From a virus (Duplodnaviria; Caudoviricetes): 64,000 nucleotides of DNA. Every line of letters starts with the position of its first letter. Position 1 is the stretch's first letter. Made by a program: the position numbers and the translations under genes. Location of the stretch: positions 29,168 to 93,167 of IMG/VR virus record IMGVR_UViG_3300005614_000005. The stretch is one strand, 5' to 3'. Below the pieces are notes generated by a model. That model was not told the origin of the DNA. It worked only from the letters and a program-made list of their open reading frames with translations, and searched no databases. Below are positions 30,001-39,325 of the stretch, piece by piece.

Positions 30001-32106
30001 GGTCGCGGTGCGGACGCCACAGTAGCAGACTTTGGTGCCATCGGTGGTGAAGGTCGTGGTGTAGCGCACGTACCCGTTGGTGAGGGTGAACGCGGTGATC
30101 GTGTTCGTGGCGTTCCCCTGCCCTGCGCAGAGCTGGATTTTCTCGCCGCCCGCGTTGCCCTTTAGGTAGACCGAGAAGGTGTACACCCCCGCCGGCAGCA
30201 GGCCCATGTTGAACACCGTTCCCTCAAACGCGAGCGCGTTGGTAGTGACAACTTCGAGGTGCTGGACGCCACTCTGGTTCCCTCCGAAGCTCGTGCCCCT
30301 CACCGTCAGTGTGGCGCCCGCGTTCAGGAACCACCCCGGAAGCGTGGTGCTCCACGTCGCGGGGACGCCGCCGACGGTGTCGTACTCGAACGAGGGGTTG
30401 CTGACGTAGTTCGTCACCGCCGACGGTTCGAGCGAGTCGCCGTCGAAGTAAGGGGTCGGGATGGTAACACTCTGTCCCGCCACGCCTTCCCACACGAACC
30501 CCTGCGAGTCGCCGTCAACGTACGGCACCGCGCCGGAGGACCGCGCGATCATCGCGCCGTCCGTGAACCACGTCCAAGTTTCCGTGCCGTTCGTCCGCAC
30601 CGCGATGATCACCCGGTTCTGCGCTTCCTGTTCAACGGTGGTCACGGTGAAGGTCAGTTCATAGCGGGTCCAGGTCGTGGTAAGCGTGAGCGACGAAGAC
30701 GCGACCGCGCCGGCACCCGTCCCGACGATGAGGCTGACTTTCTCGCCACCCGCGTTACCCTTCAGCCAGATGGACCCTCGGAAGGTGTCGCCCACTTTCG
30801 GTTTCGCGGTGGTGCAGCTGACGCCGTTACCTTCGTTGACGGCCGTGGAGTTCGTGACGATCTTGAGGCACTTGTTCCCGACGATGCCGCCCGTGCCTTC
30901 GACAACTTTGGAGGCCGGTACGTTCGCGTAGAGCGCGCTCCAGAGTGCAGGTGAGCCACCGGTCGTGTCGTACTCGAAGCTCGGGTTGAGGACGTAGTTC
31001 GCGACGGGGCCGGGAACGGGGAGCGGACCGTGGCAGAGCAGCGCGTTGTCGATGTTCATGTCCATCACGTGCGAGGCGGCTTCTTCGTTGAAGTACGTGA
31101 GGACGAGGCGAACTTCGTTGTAGAACCTGAACGCCGGCACGACGTTTTCGAGCGTCAGGGTCTGGGCGGGGGAACCCGTGCCACTCAGGGTGACCTTGGA
31201 CCCTGAGACGGTCGCTTCCACTTTGCCACTGCGCAGGAACTGGATGCTCAACTGAACCTTGAGGTTGGTCAAGCTTCCGACGTTGTTTGAGACGGTGACC
31301 TGCGCCGAGTAGGTCGAGAAGGGGGTGCACGGCGCGGTGAACGTTTCGGCGGTGAACGTGGAGCCCGCGCCCGCTATGCCCTTGGCGTGGAGTGAGTTCA
31401 GCCCCGACACGCCGTGTTCGGCGCGCACCTTGAATTCTTCGAACGTGAACGTGCCGGTGCTGGCGTGCGCCCACCCGAACGGTTCTGCGCCCAGCGTGTC
31501 GTGCTCGAAGGAGGGGTTCTGCACGAGGTTGAACAGTTCGATGACGGCGAGGTTGACCATCTCACCTCCGGCCGCCCCCTTCATCCAGGCGCCGGCGGTG
31601 TAGGGCGCGTTCGTCTTCGGGAGCGGGAAGCTGTCAGTTGTCCCGACGTTGCCTTCACCGTTGAAGCCAGGACCACCCCAGATGACTCCCTGCCCCGCAG
31701 CGACACCGTTCGACGCCGCGAGGACGGCGAAGTCGAAGCCGTTGAGGTCGTGCACTTCTTCCTGCACGACCGTCACCGCGCCGGTGCCAAAGATCGACCC
31801 GCCCGTCGAGTTCGGAGGTTCTGCAACCTGCGGGTTCCACACGTAGTTGGTCGCTTCGGGGTCGGTGGGCTCGATGACCCGCACCTTGATGACGGGACTC
31901 GGCCGCTCGGGCACGCTGCGCCCGAACGCGGTCGCGCCCTCGGTGTCAACCGACTTGGCGAGGTGGACGTCCTCGGGCGCGGGCTCGTACGTCGCGCCGT
32001 CGAGGAAGACGCCCTGCCCGCCGCGCCACGCGCTCAGCTCGAGCGGTTCGTTTTCGTTCGACTCCGTGTAGGGGTTGATGGTGATGCGCTCGGCGAGGAT
32101 TGTCAT
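27076..32106 (-). CDS. Evolved distal tail (Dit-like) protein with four CBM4/9-like modules
   Basis: Directly follows the TMP; repeated NYVxNPSFE starts and Y(F/V/A)DG...W...S ends. Confidence 0.75.
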   Translation of the reverse strand: MTILAERITINPYTESNENEPLELSAWRGGQGVFLDGATYEPAPEDVHLAKSVDTEGATAFGRSVPERPSPVIKVRVIEPTDPEATNYVWNPQVAEPPNSTGGSIFGTGAVTVVQEEVHDLNGFDFAVLAASNGVAAGQGVIWGGPGFNGEGNVGTTDSFPLPKTNAPYTAGAWMKGAAGGEMVNLAVIELFNLVQNPSFEHDTLGAEPFGWAHASTGTFTFEEFKVRAEHGVSGLNSLHAKGIAGAGSTFTAETFTAPCTPFSTYSAQVTVSNNVGSLTNLKVQLSIQFLRSGKVEATVSGSKVTLSGTGSPAQTLTLENVVPAFRFYNEVRLVLTYFNEEAASHVMDMNIDNALLCHGPLPVPGPVANYVLNPSFEYDTTGGSPALWSALYANVPASKVVEGTGGIVGNKCLKIVTNSTAVNEGNGVSCTTAKPKVGDTFRGSIWLKGNAGGEKVSLIVGTGAGAVASSSLTLTTTWTRYELTFTVTTVEQEAQNRVIIAVRTNGTETWTWFTDGAMIARSSGAVPYVDGDSQGFVWEGVAGQSVTIPTPYFDGDSLEPSAVTNYVSNPSFEYDTVGGVPATWSTTLPGWFLNAGATLTVRGTSFGGNQSGVQHLEVVTTNALAFEGTVFNMGLLPAGVYTFSVYLKGNAGGEKIQLCAGQGNATNTITAFTLTNGYVRYTTTFTTDGTKVCYCGVRTATAAAVTMFMDAAQVTAGEPATPPEYADGDITGNQWSGVRGQSESLVDGGSAYEWLEAPGRSFSWKGAKVLETLSTTWRWYTVSRNWGTGPRGAVISYNSNATTQSWFTTGAALVQLPELAEYFDGTWPGCHWEGPPNVSSSFRPGPGGPRRDAIMADIERTVAAVSRNHSGTLRRTLVGGHQITFDLLNAQLTWDEQQFAAGGVAAGTIRFTSQPYGRSPEFAPHVDELTFGRPQDYFMQKGLFTDFAFTNHLRVTAKTGEEHVAVYKASRYPYFAAEVETQWEVGSVVSGTKYGCILAWQNESNYIEGYLTDNGTNSTLKIDAVIEGVRQKIRETNLAARVTVGQKFTLRFVSENNALLLVYFPAWQEENAWKENPTAAAYSEEAGVLNWNVFMPTLCGWSLNANGSSTFTMQRFKVSPYVFQGREELGAVEAFITGVPGTAPALGRVVVTEETGNSQWWWSWGQQLVEVPQEWLFRSLWLGGKGLLQTELFGALADGSTSRFVELNFSPPTGASGAKQRFNYVNEVKITEKPVAIGAGTLPPGTYQIFIRAFEPTTNHAKATINIDWGPGDGRAHTSNEAVQLPGRGDYYLLNLGQVTIPEKVPGWGGHAASGHGTITLLAGGTYTAAGPNTLAGHDVVYFDGAGIAIPVSEGGGRAEGIVALSPDVNVYTFEDFHQDTNKALLNGLVPSINGQNVIPGGKWETSGATTDFEVSKSGEEANLVRAVGTDAGKYRFGKMVSTYLEKLGIVQCDIGIFSPAGTGIKMGVMFDWTSEENWIGFVYNSTTEQWEIIQHTALKETVLAAQKSGVAGVASPMNELCTVRAIIDSGKRAYLWAWPTLSGYQGQSVVCKGLVTSERSGVPGILESCSSTKPRSYQNWWVGPFASDAAILGGSSLELASNRVSRASSVEVQPVSRYEGDYLRVPVLTKARQASRIVMKMCRNDPTTQPDAGTHDEIRMQLSVTPRWANIPET

Positions 32107-35100
32107 ACGGGCAACAGCCTTCTGGACTGCGCGTTACGCGCGAGTGACTTGTTCACGTAGGTCGTGATGTCGCGCTTCTTACCATCAACTACTGACTCTA
32201 CCCGTGTCGTAAAGTCGGCCAAGTCACCGTGCAGGTGAATCTCGGGCGTCCCACCCGCGCCCATGCTGCCCCCGACGAACGGGTTGAGCGACCTCGGAAT
32301 GATCGCCTCTCCCTCGTGGACGAGCGCCTGTCCGGTGCGGGGTACGTAGGTCGTGCCGGCCTCGAACGCCCCCACCATTTCTTTGAAGACCGGCGCCTGC
32401 GCCTTGAGCACGAGGTTTTCTTGCTCTACGAGACGGAGCTTTTCTTCGAGCGCGGGCTTGAGCAGCGATTCCCTTTCGCTTTCGGTGCCCCCGGTCGTAG
32501 ACTTCGGAAGCGTGGGCGCGATGGGCGCTTCGCTGGCGTCCTGGATGTTGCGGAAGTCGAGCGCGAGGCTCGGCAAGCTCTGGGTGTTGATCTGCAGGAT
32601 CGCACCGTCGAACTTGGCGGCGCCCTCGGACAGACCGTGGATGTCTTTGATGATCTTCCCGATCTCACCGCCCGTGCCGACACGTGTCGTGCTTCCGCCG
32701 AGCGTGGTGAGCTCGCTGTCGATCGGTTTGAGCGACTGTTTCAGTTGGGTGTCGAGCAGTTTTTCGTAGGCCGTCGTGACGGCTTCCCTAGAGGATGACA
32801 CCGAGGTAGACGGGCTCCGAAGCTGGTGGATGTCGCCGGAGATACGGTGCGATTCGTCCTCCAGCGAGTGCAGGAGCGCCTTGTCCTGCTGCTTGGAGGG
32901 CTTCTGTTTCTCGAACATGATCGCTTCCGAGACGGCTTCCTTGTGCGTCTCAGCGTCGAAGATGAGCTCGTCTCGCATCGCTTTCGCCTCGGACGCGGAC
33001 AGTTTGTGCTTGGCTTTGCTGACGCGACGACGCGCGGCAACGATCGCCAGGTGTTCGAGCTGCTTTTCGATTTTCTTCTTCCTGCTGAGTGCCCTCCCGA
33101 TGACCACTTCCACGAGGCTCTTGCGATTTTCACGTTCGCTGATCGCCAGGGAGATGCGCTTCATCGCCTTCTGGAACGTCTTCACCTCGGTCTTGAAGAA
33201 CCCTTCCTCGAACTGCCGGTTCAGGAACTGTGCCTGCAGGATGTTCATCCCCGAGTGGAGTGGCTCGCCGTCGATGATTGTGGAGCTGAGGATGCCGATG
33301 TCGGGCCCAGTCAGGAGGTGATGCGTGTCCTGCGAGGTGATCCAGTCCAGAAGCTGGCCCTGTAGGGTCATCTCCGGTGTCGCTTCGCCGGCGCCCGCGA
33401 TAGCTTCTTCGTTGACCCGCTTCGCGTGCATCGTGTCCCACCCGACCTGCAGGTTCGGCGGGAACGTGGGCGTCAGGTAGGACATGTCTTCTGGCAGGAT
33501 GAACGCGCCGTGCGGGTCCTGCTCGATCTGGCCGAGCAAGCTGTACTGCTGATCGAGGATCGAGAGCTGGCTTTCAAGCCCCGACGCGACTTCGGGCAGG
33601 TGTTCCACGTCGGGGTAGGTGCTAAACGGGGACGTCAGCGCCCTCACAGACGTGTTTGGTTTGCTTCTGTGACCACCTGACTTGTTCTTGCCCTTACCCT
33701 TCGAGAGGTGCTGCTTCGAGCGTGAGATGGCTGCCTGGTGCGTGGGGGAGCCATGTGCGGTCTTTCCCCTACCGGCCTGACCCCCGCCGGCATACCCCTT
33801 GTACCCGCCACCGAGCAGTCCGGTCATCTGGGCTAGGCGCTGCATCGTGCCGTACCGCGATTTGATGTACGCGAACGCGGCGAGCGCGTTGTCCACGGGG
33901 TTCATCCGGTTGTGATGGCCGGGCTTCGCGAACGAGTTGAAGGTGGAGCTGATGACCTGGAACGGACCAGCGGGGTCGAGTTCGCCGCCGAAGTTGTGGG
34001 GCGCGAGGTTCTGTCCGCCGCCGCTCTCCTTCGAGAGGAGGGTGCGCACCAGGTTCGGTTCCCACGGTACCCCGTCCGCCTTGGACGCGAATTCCGCGAT
34101 CTTCATGATGTTGCCGTGGGGCATGGTGCCCCAGTCGCCCCCGCCACCCTTGCCGCCAGCTTCGGAGATGAGCTTCTGGAGCGCTTCGTTCGCGCTCTTG
34201 CCGACGCCGCCGAGGGCCGTGTTCGCCAGCTTGTTGAGCGCCGCCGGGCCGCCCGCGACGGTCGGGGTGCTTACGCCGAAGGACCCACTACCCGGACCGA
34301 TGCCCGGCGCGTGACGCTGGACGAAGCCAGGGAGCGCGGAGCCCGCGTACCAACCGGCGCCGTCGGCGCCGTGCGTCCCGAAGAACCGTCCGTCGATGGA
34401 CATGAAGGTGTGGATCGGGTTCGCGTAGACCGTCACTGCGCCGGGGCCGGGGAGGCCCCAGTTCATGAGTTCTCCCGACACCTCGGGCCGACCGAGTAGG
34501 TGACCCGCGTGCAGTACCGCTGACACGGAGCCGGAGCAGTCGTACCCGAGCTGCGGTGGGCCGCCGGAGCTGGACGCCGAGCCGACAGACGGGACGCCGG
34601 CGGTGCCGTGCCCGCCGCCCCAGGCGTAGGGGAAGTGCTGTGCGTTGATCTTGTTCGCCTCCGCGATCATCGCCGCGAGCTCCGCGGGGCCGCCAGTTAT
34701 GCCGCCCTGCGCGAACTTGGCGGGCGCCGAGTGCGGCGTCGTGACGCGCTGGTAGAGCTCGGGAAGGCCGCCCTGCATGCCGATGGCCTTGAGACCCATC
34801 TGCACGTAAGGAATCTGGTGGTGGTTGATGATCGCCTCGCCCCTGCCAACCGCGATGACCTCCGTGTCGCGGCCGCGTTCACCCTGCTGACCGACGAACC
34901 CACCGACAGCGTGACCCTTCTTGCCGCCACCTTCCTTGCCCTTCGAGAGCGTGAAACTGATCTGCGTCTTCGAGCCGAGCGCCTTGTAGGCCGCGTTGAC
35001 GTTGGTCATCATCTCTTCGAGACCTTCGCCCGTCGCCGTCGCCATGTTCGCGAAGGTCTGGGCAACCCCTTCGCCGAACACCTTGCTGGCGCGTTCAAAC

Positions 35101-38100
35101 TGAGTGAATTCAGTCTTGAGGCGGCCGAGCTCGCCCTCGAGCGCGCCGGTGAACACCGTCTTCAGTTTGGACTCGAGGTGGGCGCGTTCGATGCCGTGGA
35201 TGAACCCTTCCACGACCGAGCCGCCCATCTTTTCCATCTGCTTCGACGGCGATTTGATCCCGAGGAAGTTACCGGCTTCGTTGATGATCGTTTCGCCGAG
35301 GCCCTTGGCGGCTTTCACGAGGTCGCCGGGCAGGCTCGTGACGCCTTTGATGAGACCGGTGATCACCTGCTGACCGAGCTTCCACGCGTCATTGAAGAAC
35401 GTCGTCGCCAGGCCGGTGAGGCCGGTCGCCGCTTCCTTGACGAGTTTCACCAGTTCGCCCGGGAGCTTGGCTGCTTCACTAACGATGTCTTCGACGAAGG
35501 TGACGAAGATGTGCGCGGCCGGTTCGATGAACGACTTGAAGGCTGCGATGAACGGGGCGCCGATGATCTTCAGGTTGCCGACGATGGCATCCCACGCGCC
35601 GCTGAACACCTCCTTGACGCCTTTCCAGAGCTTCGACCAGTTACCGGTGAAGAGCCCGTCGATGATGTCGAAGGCGCCGGTCATGACCTTGATCCAGCCC
35701 TTGATGATGTCGGCGATGCCACTGAACACCGACTTGAAGATGTTCTGGATGAAGTGGGTCTTTACGAGCACGGTATCGAACACCGTGAAGAGCGCTTTGA
35801 AGACTGTGCCAGCGACCGAGATGAAGGCGTGGAACGCTTCGCCCGCCACCTTCCCAAACTGCTTGAAGACGGGACTCAGCTTGCCGACTTCCTTCCCGAT
35901 GTCGCCGAAGACTTCGCTGGCCGCGCGGCCCAGTTCCTTGAGCTGCGGTCCGAAGAGATGTTTGATCTCGTCGCTGACCGCGCCGAACGCTTTGCCAATC
36001 CCGCCCGTCAACCCCGGAACCGACATGAGTGCGCCGCCCGCTGCGCCGACCCCTGCGCCGATGGCGGTGCCGATGCCGGGCTCGATCATCGTGCCGATGC
36101 CCGCGCCCGCCGCCGCGCCCTGGCCCACCCCGCTTACGATCCCGCCAGCTTTGCCGCCCACGATGGAACCCGCCGCCTGCGCCCCGAGCACACCAAGTCC
36201 AGCCAACCCGAGACCGCGCCCGAGTGACCCCAGGATCTTCGGAAGCCCGCCCTTCAGCGCGGCGAGGATGCCGCCCGCCGCTACGGTATCGCCTGCGACG
36301 CCACCGGCGTCACCCGCGATGGTGGCCTCCGTGGAGCGAACGCCTGGCGGCAGGATTACGCCGCCCTGGCTGACGGTCTCGCCCGCGGCGGTACGCTCGA
36401 TGGAGCGTCCGGCGCCGGCGGCGTTCGAGCCAAGTCCCGCGGTCTGGCCGTCCATGACGGCGGTGATGATCGGGTTCGCCATCGACCCCGGCAGGCCGAA
36501 GCCCGAGCGCGCCCCGCCGATCCCGAACATCGTCTCAGCTTTGGCGGCCGCCCCGCCGACGCTGCCGACGCCGGCCGTGGCGCCGCCGGCTGCGGAGCCC
36601 ACGCGTGACGGTCCACCCATCATCCACTTACCGGTCGCGGCGGCGACGGAGCCAAACTCCTTCATCATCGAGATGGCCTCCTTGATCTTCGACGTGAAGT
36701 AGGAGCCGATCGTTACCGCGGCGAACGTGCCCACTGCGATCTCGAGCGCGCGCAGCGCCGAGTGGTTGTGACCGAACCATTCGGCGGTCTGCTTCAGGTC
36801 GCCGATCAGTTTCTCGGTGGGTGGGATGAGCATCGTCCCAACGGTCACCCCGAGCGACTCGGCACCCGCGACGAGCTGCTTGAACTGGAACTGCAGCGTC
36901 TCCTGCGTCCGCGTCCAGTCGTGGCCGAACGCGTGCTGCTGCTTGTTGACGGCCTCGAAGGTCTGCTTGAGCTGGTCCGTGTGCTGGATGAGCGTCATCA
37001 CCGCCGAGCCAGACCGCGCCCCACCGAACGCCCGCGCGAGCAGGGCGCCCATGGATTCCGCGTTCATGCCGGCGGCCTTCATGTGGTTCTCCAGGTCGGT
37101 GAGTGCGACCTGAATCCCGTCCGGCTGGCGCATGTCTTTGGCGAGTGTCGTGACGCGGAGACCGGCCTTTTCGAGCGCTTCCGACATCGCGGTGGTCGAA
37201 GTGTGGATCGTGCCCGCCGACATGCCGAGGGCTTCGAGCTGCCCTGCGGCCTGCTTTGTCGGGGCACCCATCATCGTCATCGCCATGCGCAGTCGCGTGG
37301 CAGCGACGACGGCGGGCATGCCGCGGTCGGTCAGGTACGCGAGGGCGGCGCCCATCGAGTTGAGCGACACCCCGAAGTTGGTGGCGGAGGGGATCACCCC
37401 AGATCGAAGCGAGGTGACGAATTCCTGCATCCGCATGTCGCCGACGCCGACGATGGCGTTCAGCGACCCCATCATCGTTGACGCGTGATGGTTCGCCGCA
37501 CCCAGCGACATCATCGCAGACGAGAGCGCGTAGGTGGTTTCGTCCAGGTTCGCGTGCCCGATGGCGGCGCCCTTGGCTGCGGCCCGCAGCACTTCGAGCT
37601 CCTTCGAGACCTGCTGGGTTGGGGGCAGAACCTTGTTCATCGCCGACACGACGTGGTACATCGCTTCGGCGAGGTGGTTCGGCGTCTGCCCCACCTCATA
37701 CGACATCTTGAGCATGCCCTGCGAGAGCTGTTCGACGTGCTTGACGCTGGCGCCCGCCTGGGTGTTCAGGAGGGTGGTCAGGCTCTGGAACTTGACGGCG
37801 AGGGCCGTGGCGCCGACGATACCGCCGGCGAGGCCGAGTGAGATTCGTCCGCCCCACTTGGTCATTGCGGAGGCGCTCGCGCCGAACGCTAGCTCGCCTC
37901 GCTTCGCCGCACTCTCTGCGGCGCGGCCCGCGCTCGAGGCGCTGGCGGCTGCGGCGGCTGCGCCGCGCGCCTGCACGTCAGCTGACGCACGTGCGGCCGC
38001 GCCCGTTCGCTCGTACTGCGCTTGCACATCCTTCTGCGCCGCAGCGGTGTCGCGTGCCCCGGCGGTCGCCTCCTCACCGGCACGGACGCCCGCGTCGCCG

Positions 38101-38387
38101 GCGGCCTTCGCGGACTCTGCGGTGCGGTCGTAGGCGGACGCGACGAGACCCTGCTGCTCACGGAGTCTGCCACTGATGGTGGTGACCCGCTCGAAGCCGG
38201 CGGTGATGCTCGTGGTCATCTTGTCGGCTGAGTCCGCGATGCTCACGAACATCGAGTCGACGCCCGCAAGGCTCGACTTCATCCGGTCCGCGCCCTGCGC
38301 GACGCGGCGCTCTGCCTTCAGAATCTCTGCGTCGAGTGGCGCGGCGTCCCCGGCAATGAGGACCGACATCTTCCCCAACTCTGGCAC
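32103..38387 (-). CDS. Tape measure protein with NlpC/P60-like and lytic transglycosylase domains
   Basis: 2094 aa, Ala/Gly-rich helical repeats; YAWGGGH...YDCSGSVS...H; ESGG...GPFQVI...NALAAFAYIKSRYG. Confidence 0.92.
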   Translation of the reverse strand: MPELGKMSVLIAGDAAPLDAEILKAERRVAQGADRMKSSLAGVDSMFVSIADSADKMTTSITAGFERVTTISGRLREQQGLVASAYDRTAESAKAAGDAGVRAGEEATAGARDTAAAQKDVQAQYERTGAAARASADVQARGAAAAAASASSAGRAAESAAKRGELAFGASASAMTKWGGRISLGLAGGIVGATALAVKFQSLTTLLNTQAGASVKHVEQLSQGMLKMSYEVGQTPNHLAEAMYHVVSAMNKVLPPTQQVSKELEVLRAAAKGAAIGHANLDETTYALSSAMMSLGAANHHASTMMGSLNAIVGVGDMRMQEFVTSLRSGVIPSATNFGVSLNSMGAALAYLTDRGMPAVVAATRLRMAMTMMGAPTKQAAGQLEALGMSAGTIHTSTTAMSEALEKAGLRVTTLAKDMRQPDGIQVALTDLENHMKAAGMNAESMGALLARAFGGARSGSAVMTLIQHTDQLKQTFEAVNKQQHAFGHDWTRTQETLQFQFKQLVAGAESLGVTVGTMLIPPTEKLIGDLKQTAEWFGHNHSALRALEIAVGTFAAVTIGSYFTSKIKEAISMMKEFGSVAAATGKWMMGGPSRVGSAAGGATAGVGSVGGAAAKAETMFGIGGARSGFGLPGSMANPIITAVMDGQTAGLGSNAAGAGRSIERTAAGETVSQGGVILPPGVRSTEATIAGDAGGVAGDTVAAGGILAALKGGLPKILGSLGRGLGLAGLGVLGAQAAGSIVGGKAGGIVSGVGQGAAAGAGIGTMIEPGIGTAIGAGVGAAGGALMSVPGLTGGIGKAFGAVSDEIKHLFGPQLKELGRAASEVFGDIGKEVGKLSPVFKQFGKVAGEAFHAFISVAGTVFKALFTVFDTVLVKTHFIQNIFKSVFSGIADIIKGWIKVMTGAFDIIDGLFTGNWSKLWKGVKEVFSGAWDAIVGNLKIIGAPFIAAFKSFIEPAAHIFVTFVEDIVSEAAKLPGELVKLVKEAATGLTGLATTFFNDAWKLGQQVITGLIKGVTSLPGDLVKAAKGLGETIINEAGNFLGIKSPSKQMEKMGGSVVEGFIHGIERAHLESKLKTVFTGALEGELGRLKTEFTQFERASKVFGEGVAQTFANMATATGEGLEEMMTNVNAAYKALGSKTQISFTLSKGKEGGGKKGHAVGGFVGQQGERGRDTEVIAVGRGEAIINHHQIPYVQMGLKAIGMQGGLPELYQRVTTPHSAPAKFAQGGITGGPAELAAMIAEANKINAQHFPYAWGGGHGTAGVPSVGSASSSGGPPQLGYDCSGSVSAVLHAGHLLGRPEVSGELMNWGLPGPGAVTVYANPIHTFMSIDGRFFGTHGADGAGWYAGSALPGFVQRHAPGIGPGSGSFGVSTPTVAGGPAALNKLANTALGGVGKSANEALQKLISEAGGKGGGGDWGTMPHGNIMKIAEFASKADGVPWEPNLVRTLLSKESGGGQNLAPHNFGGELDPAGPFQVISSTFNSFAKPGHHNRMNPVDNALAAFAYIKSRYGTMQRLAQMTGLLGGGYKGYAGGGQAGRGKTAHGSPTHQAAISRSKQHLSKGKGKNKSGGHRSKPNTSVRALTSPFSTYPDVEHLPEVASGLESQLSILDQQYSLLGQIEQDPHGAFILPEDMSYLTPTFPPNLQVGWDTMHAKRVNEEAIAGAGEATPEMTLQGQLLDWITSQDTHHLLTGPDIGILSSTIIDGEPLHSGMNILQAQFLNRQFEEGFFKTEVKTFQKAMKRISLAISERENRKSLVEVVIGRALSRKKKIEKQLEHLAIVAARRRVSKAKHKLSASEAKAMRDELIFDAETHKEAVSEAIMFEKQKPSKQQDKALLHSLEDESHRISGDIHQLRSPSTSVSSSREAVTTAYEKLLDTQLKQSLKPIDSELTTLGGSTTRVGTGGEIGKIIKDIHGLSEGAAKFDGAILQINTQSLPSLALDFRNIQDASEAPIAPTLPKSTTGGTESERESLLKPALEEKLRLVEQENLVLKAQAPVFKEMVGAFEAGTTYVPRTGQALVHEGEAIIPRSLNPFVGGSMGAGGTPEIHLHGDLADFTTRVESVVDGKKRDITTYVNKSLARNAQSRRLLPV

Positions 38388-38391
38388 GGTG

Positions 38392-38949
38392 TTAGATCAC
38401 CTCCTCTTTCTTTCGAGGACGATGATTCAAGCAGAACTGACAGGTACAGCTAGGACGATGTTTGAAGCCACCAGCCTTGATGGCAGCCCCTACCTTTCGC
38501 TTCGTCTCCTCTGAAAGAGGACCGCGCTTTCGACCAGTTAGAGTCGCGGCAATCCTCGCTCGATGCTCAGGTGACTTTTTCTTACCACGCATCACCTTTG
38601 AGATTTTCTCCCGCGTCACTGCGCTTACCTCATGACCGGCTGAGAATCCATCCCCGCCGTCCGTCAGATTGCAGAGTCGTGCACCCGCCCCCCGCATCTC
38701 GCGGATCCAGCGTCGCTCAGCCTCATCGAGCACGACCTTCTCACTCGACGTGCGCTCGAGTACGAGCAGCGACGGCTTCAACCCCCGCCGTCCAAGCTGG
38801 CGGATCCAGCGATGGAGGTGAGTTGGCCCTCGCCGCGAATCCATCAGGTGCCCTTTCAACCGGACCGCAGGATCGCGCGTGGTCTTCCCAACGTACCGCA
38901 GCTCGAGCGTGTCGGGGTCGCACAGTCCGTAGATGACGCCCCTACGCAT
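38392..38949 (-). CDS. GIY-YIG homing endonuclease with NUMOD3 repeats
   Basis: VIYGL...YVGKT...RLKGH...E...CNLTDGGDG; HEVSAVTREKIS; SEETKRKV. Confidence 0.9.
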   Translation of the reverse strand: MRRGVIYGLCDPDTLELRYVGKTTRDPAVRLKGHLMDSRRGPTHLHRWIRQLGRRGLKPSLLVLERTSSEKVVLDEAERRWIREMRGAGARLCNLTDGGDGFSAGHEVSAVTREKISKVMRGKKKSPEHRARIAATLTGRKRGPLSEETKRKVGAAIKAGGFKHRPSCTCQFCLNHRPRKKEEVI

Positions 38950-39325
38950 CGGGCGTCACCTCTTGACCATCTTTGTCTACGACGGTGAAGCTGATGCCAG
39001 CGGCCATCGCCATGTTCTTGGCCTCGTCCATCGTCTGAGGCGTGGGTACGGCGGGGTCGCCCTCCCCGATGTGACGGCGAAGGCGGCGCACGATGGCGTC
39101 GCGGTCACTGTCCTCGGAGAGGTGGGGGTACGAGATCGCCTCGATGAAGCGGAGCTGCTGCGTCGCGATCAGTTCCGGCAGCGCGTCGATGTAGATGCGC
39201 ATGATGGCGCGTGGCATGCGCGCCAGTTCGGTGAAGCTCAGCCCGTAGTGAAACGAGAGCGCGGGGTACGCGCCCTCGATCTCCTTACGTCGTGCGGTCT
39301 TGTCACTCTCCGTCTTCGCCGGCAC
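38942..39325 (-). CDS. Tail assembly chaperone, C-terminal (T-like) part
   Basis: Lies between the G-like gene and the TMP; FHYGLSFTELARMP. Confidence 0.65.
   Translation of the reverse strand: MPAKTESDKTARRKEIEGAYPALSFHYGLSFTELARMPRAIMRIYIDALPELIATQQLRFIEAISYPHLSEDSDRDAIVRRLRRHIGEGDPAVPTPQTMDEAKNMAMAAGISFTVVDKDGQEVTPDA

Noticed and set aside
24242-32106. Diversity-generating retroelement targeting the tail genes
   Set aside because: No reverse transcriptase and no near-identical TR/VR pair were seen; the repeats are old protein-level duplications.
34608-36702. Long + strand ORFs antisense to the TMP (and similar shadow ORFs across the window)
   Set aside because: These are expected from high GC3 codon bias on the opposite strand and carry no recognisable domains.
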